In this document: positions 24,851 through 39,525 of the stretch, in pieces
How positions within the stretch are numbered: the stretch's first letter is position 1
Layout of the letters: every line of letters begins with the position of its first letter
NCBI GenBank assembly: GCA_013265495.1
Contig: MU058836.1
Location: forward strand, 372,001 to 436,000
Origin: Vicugna vicugna
Taxonomy: Eukaryota
Length of the DNA: 64,000 nt
Reading direction: 5' to 3'
Translations under genes and position numbers: made by a program
The notes under the pieces: model-generated
Database searches by the model: none
What the model saw: only the letters and a program-made list of their open reading frames with translations
What the model was told of the DNA's origin: nothing

Positions 24851-26035
24851 TCCCTTTTCTCCCATCCCTAAGTTTTTATAAAACACTTACTGTAGGCAGG
24901 GCACTGGTAAGCAGTGACTATCTGATTAGGAGTCAGAATACACTTGAGTTCACGTGAAATCCCCGTTAGGGGGGCTCCATGAAGCTTGTACTAGTGGTAT
25001 TGATAAACATGTAACTTCTTGGCCTTAGGGGTGAGCAATATCTTTTATTATATGATGACTTTTAAGAGCCAGCATGCTCCTGCGTGACTCCAAAATTTAG
25101 TAAAGGGGAAGAAAAGTACCTTAACCTCTGTTTGCGCTATCTTGAGCCTTCTGTAATAGATTATTTATTAAGTTCCTTAGGTGAGGTTCTGGTGTTTTTG
25201 TTTTGACTCTGGTTATACAACTAACTCCCTTAAAAGACAAAGCTGACATTTCCCAAGAATAGCACTGATGAGAGAGATCTGGGTATCCAGAATCCAAAAG
25301 ACTGCATAATATCGGTGACTCTTACAAGCCTCTTTTATTGATGACGTCTAGCTCAGTGGGCCGTTCCTTATGTTGGTGCTCAACGAAGTCTTGTTGATTG
25401 TTTTCAGGAAAAAAAGACCTTACTTCGTTAAAATTTAGCCCAGTCAACTTTGAAGGCCAATCACTGGTTTGCCTCATGGTCAGTTACTGAATGGAACTCA
25501 ACTAGAAGTTGCAGAAAAAGGCAGGCATGGGATTCCCCTTTTTTCATCTCTGAATCAGTGCCGTGTTCAGTGCCTGAGGCAGATGTACCTAGTCAATAGA
25601 TAGAGGGTGAGTCAGTTAACCACGTGTAGCACTTTTTTAAAGGTCATGTCGCGCCAAAATACCTGTTCCCTAAATACACCTAAGATTTCTGAAACCGAAC
25701 ATCGTCTCTCAGTTTCTTCTAAGCAGTGATTGCTACTGCAGATCTCACTAGACACCCAACATTCAGCTTTAGTACGTGGAGATTTGGCCCCGACATTTAT
25801 CATTTAAATATGAGTGTTAGTATACATTCCTAGGGGAAACTGCCCAACTCTACAATCTGTATTCAATATGTTTTGGGAGTAACTGTCTAGATTGCAATCG
25901 AGGTTAAAGAAGCCGAGGAGAGTTTGACTATTGGTAGTTGCTGAAGGATACTGATTTGAGCATGACTGTTGACTAGTATGATCCTGAATGACCCTTCAGG
26001 CCATTGTAAAGTTAGATTTCATAGAACTGAGTCTG

Positions 26036-26181
26036 GGAGGAGGGTATATAGCTCAGTGGTGGAGTGGGTCCTGAGCATGCATGAGGTCCTGGGTTCAATC
26101 CCCGGTACTTCCACTTAAAAACAAAGAATCAAACAAAAGTAAATAAATAAATAAACCTAATCCCCCCTCCCCCAAGCCAAA
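26036..26181 (+). mobile_element. Vic-1-like SINE, long-tail form
   Basis: TAGCTCAGTGG A box, GGTTCAATCCC B box, A-rich tail plus CCTAATCCCCC. 16-bp TSD CATAGAA(C/T)TGAGTCTG at 26020-26035 and 26182-26197. Confidence 0.92.
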
Positions 26182-27564
26182 CATAGAATTGAGTCTGAAA
26201 CTCTGAAACATTGGAGAGGACAAATTCCAACTGAGGTGTACTCAGCAATTCAAGGCCACTGGTTATAGAGAAAACTCATTTGTAGTTTTAGCTGAAAAAA
26301 AAGGAAGACAGATCTTTTTTCCCAGATTTTATTTGGCTTATAAAGTCTAAATGGATCATGGCCTGTATTTCATGGGGTCATCTGGTGGCATGGAAGCCTC
26401 AAAGAAGAGAGAAAAAAAAAGTTTCGGAAGGAAAAGCTGAATATGCAGTATTTCCTATCAATTTAACAGAATTGGAAGGGTGAAGCAATGGAGCCAGGAC
26501 AATAGTCTCAGACTCTGAAGACGGTCAGGCAAGTTCAGAAAATATGTGTCCTCACCTTTGACTTCAGTTCTTGAGCATCTCAGTGGAAAGATTTTTGTCC
26601 ATTGAAAGTCTAGTATATACAGAAGCCTTCTAGGTATGAGATGACCTTGCAGCGTTAAAGAAACCCTTGGATCCTGTTAGTTCCAACCTCACTGAAGGAC
26701 ATATTCTGAAGAGCCAGCTCATTAAGCAAGCTTTTGAAGGGTGTGCGCTGCAGAGCAGTTTCCTGTTATTTGGTTAATGGTTGACCTAGTTCTATTGCCA
26801 TATGCTTCCTGGAACGCATTCTAATATAAAGTATGTGTTAAAGCAAGACTAGGATAATAGCAGGAAAGTCACAGCCTTGCTCAAGCAGGGACCATATTAA
26901 TGTGGGCCCAGTGGAAGTGTAATGGACAGAAAATGAAAAGGCTTTTCTCTTCATGGCCCTCTTTCCTCATTCCGATTTCAGTCTCCACATGGCATCCCAG
27001 CTCATTCTCAGGGGTTGCGTTTTCCTTGGCATCTGCGTTTTCAGTTCACTTCTTGTGCATGCTAAGCTAAGTCTGACGTTGAGGTACCCCGAGTAAAGTT
27101 GTTACTGCCAGGGAAGATGATGCCATTCGATGTGACTAACGAAAGGTACTTTTGTTTTTGTGTTATTATTTTTGTGTTGCCATCAAGGGATGAGTAGATC
27201 TTTTGGTCTGACGTTTGGATGCACTCCAGTCTTAAGTGTGAGGTTCCTTTGACTTATTTATCGTTTTATCTGGAATCTGCAGCCTTGTTCATGGAGAGGG
27301 ATCTGGGAGCCCATACAGCCACAGGGGCTGCTGAGCAAACGTTGCACCAGGCACACAGTATTTGTTTGAACAGCTTCAGAATGTGAAGAATCTGTGGGTC
27401 TCGTCTGCTAACTGCTGGATAGTTGGGTGGTAGTGAAGGAAACATTTCTCTTCATTGTTCATAAAGAAAATGTTTGAGGAATCCCAAGTGTGGGGGATCA
27501 GGTGGCATGGGATGGACAGTTGTGTGTGTTGTTGTTTTTCTTTAAATCACCATCCTTGTGGTAT

Positions 27565-27740
27565 GGAGCAGTGATTCCTGAACCAGGCTGATCTTCAGAA
27601 CCATCCTGAGAACTTGCAAACAAGAAGGAGGTTATTAAAAATAGATTTTTCGCTTGAATCACAGGAGAGGGATTTAGTCGGTCTGGGGTGGGACCCTGGA
27701 ATGTGTGTTCTAAGAAGCCAGATTTAGGAACTGCTGGTCT
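27565..27740. mobile_element. MER5-like MITE (degraded)
   Basis: GCAGTGATTC...GGTCTGGGGTGGGACCCTGGAATGTGTGTT...TTTAGGAACTGCTG. Confidence 0.6.
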
Positions 27741-30159
27741 TGGGAATTCAGGATCATGAGGCTGGCAAGGAAGAAGCAGCCACTGTGCTTTAATGTCTCA
27801 CACGCAGGAAGTAGGAAAAGGAAAAGAGATGCTGTCAGAACTTGGTATTTGTAGCTGCTAATAATTTGAACTATGGAATCAGCTTTCGTTTTTTCCTCCC
27901 CAGGAATTCAGTACCTCCAGGGCACCTTAAGGGTACAGTACATCAAGTGATTTAGGTTTGGGAAATGTCATCTCAGTGGCAGGCTACTTAACTATGCTCC
28001 ACCTCCACCACCATCCCCCACTGCCCCATCCCCTCCCTCCTACCAAGGAGGCAATGTTTGCAGAATATCTGTCATTGATCCGTTCAGTTCGATGCCATTC
28101 TTTTCATATTAATACCTTTGGCAGAAACAAAGAGAAGTTACATTATGTTGATTTCTATATACAAGGAAATTGCTACTGATCCACCCGATTAGCTTCTGGT
28201 TTTTTTTTTTAATTGTTGTTTTTTATTTTCCTATTAACAATAAAGAGATGCACTTGTTGACTGAGGACTTCTCCATATGGCTGCCTGCCTGTCCTGGTTT
28301 GAAGCTGTCGCCTCTGATATTGGGCCCCAGCTCACTGACCCATTTGTGAATCAGAATGACCTTGACTACGGGATCATTCTGATCTGGGGTCTAGTAATGT
28401 CCCTGAGAAGTAACAGATCTTCAGTGTGCGGTGAGTGGATGAATGAATGAGTGAAACAGCTAAGTAAACATGGCCCCTGAGAGAGGAGATGTAGCTCGAA
28501 GAGAAGAAGATTTCTCCCTCAAAGCGTTGTGTGTGGCCAATGTAACCTTTTTAGGATGTTTTCTGCATTAATCTCAACAAACAGGAAAATGACCCTGTTG
28601 CAAAACTGGACCCGTCAGACACTTAGGTTCCTGAGGAAAAAAGCAAGGAAATTATTTCTTTTCCTGATGTGTTGTTGTTCCCCTAAACAACTATGACCAC
28701 CACTGCCCACCCCCAAAACCCTACACAGTGAAAAGAATGGCTACAGAACACATTGTTAAGGATGTTTGATGTTCTTTCTCCATTCTTCCTCTGAACTTTA
28801 ACGGTCCCATAGGGAGTGAGAAGAATGTTGTTTTAGAAGCGGCAGAGAAGAAAACAATCAAGGAGAAAGAAGAAAGTTGAGGAAATGTCTCTTCTTGACA
28901 GTAATCTGTTAGTAACTAACTGAAAACGGTGGTCATGGCCTGAGAACTCATGGTCATGTCCTTGGCATGCTCAGAAGCTCCAAGAATGGAAGATAGTCTC
29001 TTCAAAGTTATTTTGAGGAGTTGGACACTGCCTACCAGGCTTCTGTTGCTTACCCAAGTTAAGAGGTTGAAGTGCCTCCAAGGCTTTAAGTAGCAGCTGG
29101 ACATGTGATCTTGTTAACCCTGAGATGTTGCTGAGAAGTGACTCAGATCACTGTGGCAAACGATCCTGCCCTGTCCCAGCTGCCCCAGCAGAAATCAGCA
29201 TTAGGTCACCCTTTAGGCATATGGTGCAGACCTCATGCCACCATCACGACTTTAGAACCAGGACAACATGGATTGACTCTCCTGCCCACGGAGACTGATG
29301 GTGAGGACCGCTGGGTGCTGTGGACCCATCTGATGCCTCAGTGTTTCCGATTCCTACCTCCATCCCTATCCACTCCCCTCACATAAACCACTTGAAGAAA
29401 AGGGGTGGATGCCAGAGAGTCATGAGTTCTTGTAATGCTTTGCTCTTGCGATGTCTCCTCGTCTAGATAGACAGAGGCCTTTGTTTTCCCCAGGAAAAGG
29501 TAAAGTATGCTCAAGGTAGCCTGACAACTGTGTGATGCCTGTTTTGAGTAAAATAACAGACTTGAGCAGTTTGTGTATTCCTAGGTAATCATCCAGAGGG
29601 AGCTCCTACCCAGGGAGCTGGTGTGTTGGCCTCAGCAGGAGAGGAGGTAGCCGTGGAACATCACTGAATTTGTACAAAAGACATGGGGTGGGGTGGCCAG
29701 AAGGTGGCTGAGGTGGTGACCTCGCCAGACTACTCTTGAAACTTTCTCTGTCTTTTTCATGACTCTAGTCTGTGTGTGTAAATACAGAATTATTTTAAAG
29801 CTTGAAATGTCTTTCTGTTCAGCTCAGTGAACGTGTCCCTGTTTCGAAAGTTGATAATGACTCAAGGGTAGCCAGCTCGCAGGATTCAAGCCACTGCATG
29901 TTGGCAATGATACTGGATCCTAGTTTTATAAATAAAATGCCGGGGTGCTGCCTGCAGGATCCAGACGTAGTCTGTGAGCACATTCGAAATCTTGACCCCT
30001 GGGTACACAGCAGGTGTCAACTAGGAAAAGCAGGAGATAGGGTCCAGAAGGGAAGGAGTTCCTGTCACCCGCCATCAATGTCAAGTCGCTGGTTATACGC
30101 AAAGAAGTGAAATCTCAGGCTAGCATGAATCTGTGAAGTCATCCCGCCTGCCGGCTTCA

Positions 30160-31125
30160 TTTTGCATCTCTGGAGAGGCTGCAGTGACTTGTCCAAAGTC
30201 CACAATGTAAGAAATTGGTTAAGGAAGCCTGGAATGGAATTTCAGTTTCCTGCCTTGGCCATCTCTGCTTATTTCACTACCACTCGTGCTGGCGAACAGC
30301 TTGGAGTTCTTGAGCCAATTTTGATTGATGGGTGGCGCCTGCCCGGAGCTCTGCTTTGCGGAGTCTGTGCCTTGTCTCAGCTTGTTGGAAAAGAGCGTGG
30401 AGATGAAGCAGAGGGCGCTGCGGGAGGCGGGGATGGTACGTTGCGGGCAGTGGCACTTCCCCATAGTTGCTGTCCCTTACAATTATGTGTTGGAAAAGTC
30501 ACAGACTTCCTCCCTCCCAAACGCTTTCTCACTTGGTGAAGACTTCCTATTTCCAGTGCTTTAAAGCAAAGGGGAGGATATGTAGTCTGGAGGTGGCTCA
30601 TTTAGGGAGCAGCTTATGCACGTGACTTACCCAAGGTCACCAGGTGCTAAGTAGCGCTTTGAAGCAGTGATAGGGATTTCACTGTGGGTTTTATCTGCTA
30701 GCCTCAAGAGCTCTTTCCGCTTGGTTCCTGTAGTCTAACCCTGATACTGGGGATCTCTCAGCACCCTGTTCACTACCTGCTCTTCTCCCCTGTTCTTACA
30801 CGTCATCCACAGTTTGCCTTTTATTGCCATCCTCATCAGAGGGACCTCCCAGAACATCTGCATTAAATCTCTTCTCTTTGTAGATGATTCGGAAAGATAG
30901 AAACTTGCCCAGGGTCACACAGCTAAGTTGTAAAAGACAGGCTGGATCCCTGCTCTCCTGACCATCATTGCTCCAGGGTATTTCCTTACAGGTTTTCTAA
31001 CTGTTATCATGTGATTTTGAAACTAGAAGCAACCTTGGAGGTCATTTATTTAATCTCATTTCATGGCTGGAGAAATTGATTCCAAGATCAAGGGCTTGCC
31101 CAAGGTAACTAAGTTGTTAAGTAGC
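30160..31125 (-). mobile_element. Cluster of MIR fragments (~30160, 30620, 30880, 31060)
   Basis: Repeated (TG)ACTTGCCCAAGGTCACA-like core variants. Confidence 0.6.
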
Positions 31126-32819
31126 ACAAAACCCTAAGAAGAACAAAACCAAGCCTATGATGTACATGGTTTTTATCTGTACCTTCTCTCTCTCCTTTAT
31201 TTTCATGAGAAAAACGAGCTGTTTATCACAAAATCCACGGGGAGGGGGGGCACGACTGCCTTGTCACATTCGAGTCTATAGATATTATGTAGTTAGAATG
31301 ATGAAACTGAATATGGGTGGCTTTTAGGAGTTACTCTTACGTCACTGACGTAGTAAATTTAGAAGGAAAATTTTTTGATTGTAAATTTTTTTGTAATGTG
31401 ACCCTTGCGAGATTTGAAATAAAATTTTAGAACCCTTTTTGCTTCCAAAGAGAAACTGTTGTGAGGACTCGTGGGTGTTGAGGTGCCTGACAAGTCAAAG
31501 AGTGCTGTCACTTTGTGATTGTCACGCAGAGGTGCTCGGCTCGGGAGAGGTGGTCTGTAAGTGCAACCTGTTTGTCCGCAGGCGGTGGGGCACCCACCAC
31601 CAGAACTCTGCCTTGCTTATCCCACGGAGGAGCAGAGTGAGTGTCATAATACTTGGCCTTGAATAGGGCAGCCTTTAGCGGGGAGGGAGCTCTGTTTCCC
31701 AGGCAGAGCAATTCATGAACGTGCAATTTGAGATGAATGCTGTTGGTAGCAACATAGCAAGGGCCCTGTGACTGCCCATGCAGGTGCGCCCATTGGCCCC
31801 TCTTGGCTGGTCTGGAAAACAGAATTGAGGCTCTCTGATATTTAGCATCTTCAGCCGCAGATATTTCCTCTTCTGCAATGAATGCCACGGCTGTCTATCC
31901 CTCTCCCCACCATATGAGCCAATAAGGAGGGAAAGTTACCTAGATTTCTAAGAGATCTTGGTGTTTAAAAGAGTGTTAACTCACGGACCTCTTCGCAAGT
32001 AGGCGAGGGAACCCACCTTGGAGCTTTTGCCCTCTGCTGGAACAATTCCTTTTGAAGCGGCACCGCTTTTAGAATCATCAATAAAAACGTTTTCTTTGCT
32101 CCTTCTGGAACCTCAGTCTAACCTTGAGCCTTCATTTTGGAAGATAATGATACAATTTCTGCCCCAAACTGGGAACAAACCCCTCTTAATTCCTTTCCCT
32201 CCCAGTCGTTTCAGCAAAATGATCTCCTTTCACTTTAACAAAAAGATTCTCTTTCTAGCTTAAAATATTCCGGATATGCTGTAACTTGCCTTGGGGTCAT
32301 AGCACATGTCTTCCAGGACTGATGAGTCTTGTCAGTTGCCCCAGGGTGAGAACTTTAATAAGCAAATTGCACACACCTGGTTTTGCAAAATATTGGCCTA
32401 ATGGGGCACCTCGGTGGAAGTTAGCACTTCCAGTCCCTCTGTGCACACCCTTGTCCCCACCTCTTTTAAAAGAGAGGCCTCAGAAGTTGCTTTTGTCTTG
32501 TAAAACTTTCCTGTCTCTTGGCTCCCCTGTTGTGGTTGTTAACAAGCTCAGGTTGTGCCTGCTGGTGTCTTTTGGATTTGAAAGTAATGCCAGTGATGGG
32601 AGGTGGTGTCTGTACGGGGCAGTCTGGTTAAAAGGGAACAGGGCTGGCGAACTTGCTTTGCCAGACTGTGCAGCCCCCTCCCCTGCCCTGCTCTTGGATT
32701 TGTGGCTGCCTTTGGTGTCTGCGCAGCCTTTCCCAGCTCTGGCTCTTGGTTAGTTGAAGAAAGACAGCCTGGTTCCCTAATTGGGAATGCTAGACCCCAG
32801 ACCTACTTGTCTTTCACCC

Positions 32820-32930
32820 TTACTCATTCATGTGATCATTCATTCAAATATTTATTGAGCATTTGTGCTGGACGTTGGAGATTCACACAAAGACCAGATC
32901 CTGTTTCCTAGATGCTCATGATCTAGTTAG
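32820..32930 (-). mobile_element. L2 3' tip
   Basis: CATTCATTCAAATATTTATTGAGCATTTGTGCTGG. Confidence 0.65.
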
Positions 32931-33048
32931 TGTCTTCATCGCCAGTCGTCGGCAGGTGAAACCACGCCCCAGAGGTGCACTGGAGTGCATTTTCTTTGGC
33001 TTCTATGCTCTTTAATTGCTGAAGATTCCCCACCCCCCCCCCCCCCCC

Positions 33049-33138
33049 NNNNNNNNNNNNNNNNNNNNNNNNNNNNNNNNNNNNNNNNNNNNNNNNNNNN
33101 NNNNNNNNNNNNNNNNNNNNNNNNNNNNNNNNNNNNNN
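33049..33138. other. Assembly gap (90 N)
   Basis: N run flanked by poly-C. Confidence 1.
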
Positions 33139-36100
33139 CCCCCCCCCCACCCCAGTAAAGCTATTGGTCTTTCTTGTCATCTGTGCTTTCAGACATCTCG
33201 GGAGTACCGAGGTGATCAGGACGCAGGATCACTTCCTTAAGTGGTGAGTGGCCCTGATGAATATCAGACTTACTAATGGGCATGACTCTTTCTTTAAATG
33301 CTTTATGCTCTGGCCTAGATTCCGCATTGAATTCCATGTTCCTCCTTCCATCCTTCTCATAGGCCTACAGGATTCTTAGACTATGCTTTTTCTTAAGTGG
33401 TCAACCTATATATACACCATTGGTTGACATTCTGCATCAAGTTGATAAAATCTGGTGATGGCATTTAGCTCTTTTGGCATGAAAAACCATATATAAGACT
33501 TTCCTGGCTTTGACTAGGCTGTGGGTGACCTTACTCTTCAAATCTGTCGTCAGCCTGTGTTCCACCATCATTTGCGTGTAGGTACCTCAGAAAGCCCAGT
33601 CATCCAACCGGCAATGCCTGAAGTATCTCTTCCAGGAGCACTGGTGATCCTCTAGTCTCTTGGTTTGGAAGAGTTTCCCAAACATCCTTAGGAAAATTCT
33701 TGTCATCTACTTTCTAGAGTCCTTCTTTTGGGCATGCCAAAAGCTAGCACACGGTATATAGCACATGAAACCATTCAGTTAAACATCCTGTCTACCTTCG
33801 TGGTTCTCTATGTCCATAACCACGCTTATACATTTGTTTTATTAGGCAGTTAGACTAAACACCATCTGTGACGAGAAATAGTTAAGGTTTGTCCCCCTTT
33901 ATAGGGACACATTTCAGCTCACCTTCACTGTCTATGTGGGTCAGTGTCTCAGGTTGGCCCAGGGTGTCCAGGTCAGAGGGCACAGGCTTTAATACGGAAT
34001 TCCAGAGGTCACTCCCTACCTTTGTCTTCTACACCAAAGCTTATGTCAGTTGCATCATGCTGTGACATGAAACGATATTGCGTCATAGGGAGTGCATAAT
34101 GGACCGTGTTGTCCAATTATCATGAGATTACCAAATACTTTTGCCTGGGGACATGCCAGCAATAATGAAGCAAGAGATGCCACAAGCCACTCTCTCGTCT
34201 TGATTCCTAAAGACTGAACGGCATTCCTCATATCCGCTGCACCTTTCTGGTTGAGTAAAAGGACAAGGCAGCCTTTTTTTGTTTTTTTTCTTTTCTGGAT
34301 TTTTAAGTTTTTGGACAAAGAACGTGGCTAGGACAGGAAATCAGGATTTTTTTTTTTAAAGCTAATTTGATGAGAATTAGTAAAAAGTCAAAAGGTGGGA
34401 CAGAGACTACACAGGCTGGAACAGGAGATAATGGATTTCTAGGAAATGAGAGATTGATATATTTATAGTAATGAAGAAAAGTTCTTCCTGGAATAAAAAT
34501 AGTGAAGAAGTCACAGAAAGAAGCCAGGAAAAAAAGAAAAAAAGAATGCGTTTTCCTAGCACACAAACTCTGAAGCTCCTGCTTTTTTGTTACTGGAATT
34601 TCTGACATTTCTTGAAGTCTCCCACTTTCTTGATTTTTTAAAATCTAACATTTCTTTCCCAAATCATCTTTATTCATCTCTGTGTTTTCCTTCTCCCTGA
34701 GTTATCTGTGTCCTCGGAAAGTTTAAAAACAAGTGGTGTTTTTTTCCTCATCTCTCTTGGCGGAGGCACACAATGGGCTGCCTTTCCCCTTTTCTGTGGA
34801 AAGAATGGAAACAGAGAAGGCAGCCAGTGGAGCTCCATACGGATTGACATTCCTTGCTTCTGCTTTTGAAGTTAAGATGGTCACGAGAGAGAAAAATATT
34901 GTCGGTTCCAAGCCTAAGAAAAGGACATTCCTTTCCGTCTTGGCACTCTTGTTTTCATGGTGTTGATTTCTCTCTGAATCGTCTTCAGCCCCATTAATCC
35001 GTCACATCTGAAAATGAAATCACTTGTGTCCGTTCTTTTCTCCTCCACACCCTCGATTTATAGAGAAGGTGACGTTTTTCTTAGATTTCTCTGAAGTAGC
35101 TTACGATCTATTTCCCTGGCATTTTTGGGCTCTGAATGAGTTCCCATTGTTGATCAAGCCTATTCAAGAGAGTTTTCCAGACCCTTGAGAGACCCTTCCA
35201 TGCATTCTGTTCTGTTAAACGAGGAAAAAATTTTAAAAAACAAAACACACAAACAAACAAAGTTCATTTTCACCTTGCGTTAGAGAAAGAAATCTCAGAG
35301 GAATCATTTTCCTTCCAGGAAGATTGGGGTTTGTAGGTTAAATTCCATGTTATACAAGTTCCCTGATGACAAGAAGCTTCGCAGATCAACGATCTTTCTT
35401 CAAAATGCGTTTCTCTGTTGAAAGAGGAGGGGATTCTATTTGAGGTTGTTGATTAAGACGTGAAGATGAGGTCTGAAATTGGTGGTGGCCCAAGGTCATT
35501 GGTAGAACTAATGGACCGTTTGAAAATTATTAGCAGCTGGTCTAATAGAGTGTAATAACTACAGCTGTGTGAGCAAAGCCACACACAAGGTATTTGGAAT
35601 GTCCTCTTTGAGGTCCTTTCCTATTGTTTTAGAATAATCCTGGCATCCATTTAACAAAAGTACAACTCAGACAGAAGATTAGGTAGCTTTATCCATGAGT
35701 GTGTAATTCAGGCTGTATTTGCCCTAGGTTTTGGACCATCTTTTTATTTTTATTTTTAAAATTCTGCCATCATTAAGCTTCTCACACAACCTGCACGTCC
35801 CCGTGTCCCACCCACTAACACCATGACTTGAGTCTCACAGTGTTTGAGAATTTTAATGCTTGTCAAATAAGTTCTCTTTCTTTTCACCTAATTTTTTTTT
35901 ATTAAAAGATTTAATCATATCAAAGGATTTATGGGATTTTATTTGCCAAACTCTGAGGCAGTGGAGAAAAAGACAACTGGAAGAGATGCTGTGCTTTCTA
36001 AAAAACACCTTTTCTTAGAACACGGTGTCAGTTTCTGGTTTTATCCAACCGAATAGAGAAATGATTTGTTTAGATCTTGGCCTTCCTAGCTGGAGGCAGG

Positions 36101-37439
36101 TGCGCATGCGCACGCATGCACGTGTGCACATGTGAAAATTTGCTCTGCAGAGAAACATGCCTGTTTCCTCCATGTGTTATCGGTACCTTGAGATATTTTA
36201 TATGTAGCCCAGAAGCTTGACGGAAGAGAAATGCAGAGAGCATTCCACCCGTTAATGAATTCCATAGCTGTGAGTCACCCTGGCCCCCGGGCTTCTTTGC
36301 CTCTTTCCCCATCCTATTCCTGTTCTCAAAGTCAGAGGTCTGGATCTCCAGTTCCTAACTTTGGAACGAGGGGACATGGTAGGAGATGACACAGCTAACA
36401 GAGCAAGAGTCCCCACCTTATCTCAGAGCAAATTTCCAAAATACGCTACTGAGGCACAAAAGTGTGGAAGTCACGGGTTTATCATTGCCTTACTTTGACT
36501 TGCAGAACTTTTTATAAATTAGAAATTAGACCGAGGGCTTTCAGGATACCGTATGTAAATTTGTTCTCTATCACAACTGCATGGAGCACATGTGCTTTCG
36601 GTGACCCTCAAAGATCAAGTAACTTCCCCAAAGTCACAGCTGGTTGAAAGCCAGGACAGAGTCCCAAACCTTGTCTTCTGACCAGCCCTTTCCAGTACAC
36701 TAGGGATGACTCACTCACGAGTGACAAATGCTTTGTAGGCTTTTAAAGGAAGTTGGGGGTGTTCAGGAGACATCCTCTAACCTTGTGAGGATGTATCATT
36801 GTGGAAGAAAATCACCATGCTCTTCACAGAATAGTCCTTCTCATAGCCAGTGGCCCAGATGGCTTGCTGTGGCTTATGTAGAATGGGTTTTAGCAATGAC
36901 TAAAGATACGGTAAAGATTTGGTAAGATAGTAGATGCCCACTGATGGTGAACAGTCCTGTCATCATATTTCCCTCTGCCTTTACTTCACTTAGAACAGAC
37001 GTACCCCAGCTCATCCCCAAACTGATGTGTTCCATTAGACTGATGGAGAAGGGGAAGGGGTCATGCAGATGGTTCTCGAGAGGGCAGGCACTGCATTTTC
37101 AAAGGGTTAGAGGACCTGCTCTGCTGTCTCATCTTAACTGTATTCTTGTTCGGTGGATCCAGTTTTATTGTGGTTCCTATTTAGCACCTAGCTTATTACC
37201 TAGTTCCTAGTTGGACAGGAAGACAGAGGCGCAGACAGGTTAAGTAATTGGCACGTGGTCACATCTGTGGTAGGTGTCACTGCAGGGACGTGAACGCAGG
37301 TCAGCTGTGCTCTTTCCATTGTGCAATGCTGACTACAGACCTCTCTGACATTGTTGAGAAACAGGATACTGGTGTTTCTGGAGGACTGGCCAAGTCCATG
37401 AAAATAATGGCTAAGGGTTATTGGCAACAGACTCTGTGC

Positions 37440-37640
37440 CCAAATAATTTGTATGTATTACCTTATTAAATCCTTACTGTAATCCTATGAAATAGCACTA
37501 CCATTTTTTAAAACCACTTTTTACAGTGAGGCAAGGGAGGCATAGAGAGGTTAAACAATTTACTCAGATCAGATGATTAGTAAGTGGCTACAAACTCTGG
37601 CTCGTGGGCTCTGAGCCATTGCTCTTAACTACCATCTTGG
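37440..37640 (-). mobile_element. MIR
   Basis: CCACTTTTTACAGTGAGGCAAGGGAGGCATAGAGAGGTTAAACAATTTACTC...GCTCTTAACTAC. Confidence 0.75.
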
Positions 37641-38074
37641 ATGCTCCTAGGCAGCCAGTTGAACCTGCCTTTGTTGACCGAAGGTGTTTCTCAGCTGGAT
37701 CTGGAGTGTCAATGCGGCTGGTGCATTATGAAAATCACCAGCTTGACAATGTAGGCAGAGAGATCGTGCTTTGAGGAAGACCTGTGTATCTCTTTTATTA
37801 TAGAAGATATCAAGATATTATGTCAATAATCCGCAAAACTTATTGCGACAGACTCTTCTTGAATGGGAGAGGTCTCTAACTGGTTAGTCTTTATCTTAAG
37901 GACAACGTGAAGGTATTGCAAGGCCGTAAGCCAGGGAACGGATGTGATTAGATTAGCATCCAAAAATTTCTCCCCTCCAGATGTTCATCTGCAGTAGGTG
38001 ACTATGCCAAGGTGAATGCCAGTGAAAACTCTATTGAATTAGAACTTAGTTCAGAGGGACCCTTGAAGGTTGTC

Positions 38075-38385
38075 TAAGTTGACGTTCAGTACAGTGGCCC
38101 TGAGCCACAAGTGGCTGTTGAGGATTTGAAAGGTGCCTGGTCCAAATGAATATGGTGCTATGAGTCTAAAATATATTGAATTTTGGAACTTAGTAAAAAA
38201 AAAAAAAAGTAAAATATCTTATTAACGTGTGTTTGTATTTGTTATGTGTTGAAATAATACTTTTGGATATATTAGACTAAATAGTTTGTATTATTGAAAT
38301 TAATTACACGTGTTTTTGGCTGTTAGGACATTTTCAATTATTACATGGATGATTTGAATTATATTTCTTTCTGACAGTGCTGGTC
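38075..38385 (-). mobile_element. MER33-like hAT element
   Basis: AGCCACAAGTGGCT palindrome, AT-rich core TTGAAATAATACTTTTGGATATATT and GACAGTGCTG end. Confidence 0.75.
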
Positions 38386-38699
38386 TGGGTAATTTCCTTG
38401 CTTTCTCATTAAATAGAAAAAAATAAAAGGATACTACTGTTACTGTAGGTTGATGGACTATCTCTGAGTGCTGTCTGCTTAAAGGATTCCAATCTAAAGA
38501 CTGTGGCTTCTTAAAGTTCTTCACTGATAATGCTACACCTTCATTGGCACTGTTCTTTTTTTTAAAGTGCAGTTAAAAGTATAATTTTTTATCTATCACT
38601 GAAGAACTAACTGTTCTTGACACACATTAAAAAAAAATTGAGCTTGGACTGCATCTCATTAGTTGCCCTGGATGGGTCAGAGAGTGGTGACCAGGTGAT

Positions 38700-39525
38700 T
38701 AGATGGATTCACCGAAAGAGAATTAGCTTTTGTCAGTTCTCGCTTCTAAGTACTGTGTAGGTTTGACCACCTCCACCTCACCTCCAGGACATCTTCCTGG
38801 CCCAGGCCTCCTTTGTCTCATCCCTGGGCCATCTCAACAGCTGCTTTAGCAGCCTGTGTCTCACCACCCTCCCTTCCTCCCCTCCTCCCACCCCCAGAAA
38901 TCCTTTATAGAGCTGCCAGGATAATCTTGAGAGGACACAGCTTTCATGACATCCCATTCCCCTGATTAAGGCTGATAAGAGTTCCCTGTTGCTCTCCCAG
39001 TGAAGGGAGGGAGGGAGCGATCTGACATTTGAGACTCCATAGGTGTTATCTTATTTCATCCCTCTAAGGTGGATATTTTTAGTCCCATTATACAGGTGAG
39101 GAAGCAGTTCTGTATCTTGCCCGAGGTCAGGTGATAAAGCTGGATCCTAACTGCTAGGGTGAGAGCCCATTATCTTTCTTTGCTAAAACCTAGGCTGGTT
39201 CTCCTGACCTGCTGGCTGCCTGGCTTTCAAGAACATTCATTATCAAGCCCACGGACCCACCATGTCCTTAGCTTTCCCAGCTGTTCTTGTCATCTTTGTA
39301 CTTGGAAACTGTACTGTAACAATCCAGGCTTCATTATCAAGTGTTTGGAATTCTTCATTCTCTTAAGTTTTTGGTTAGTTTCGTATATTTTTCGTATATT
39401 CGTGTATCTTCCACGAGAGAGAGCATGCCTTATAACTGCCTATTGTAACCCTGTGTTTCTTTTCTCCCAGGTCTAAAACCATACCACCTACTCAGTAGTC
39501 ACTCAAGTGTTCAATAAATGGATGA
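38700..39525 (+). mobile_element. L2 remnant interrupted by a MIR (~39040-39170)
   Basis: Pyrimidine-rich L2-like body ending TCAATAAATGGATG. Confidence 0.55.

Noticed and set aside
26041..26110. tRNA-like sequences with A and B boxes
   Set aside because: These are SINE heads with A-rich tails and TSDs, not tRNA genes.
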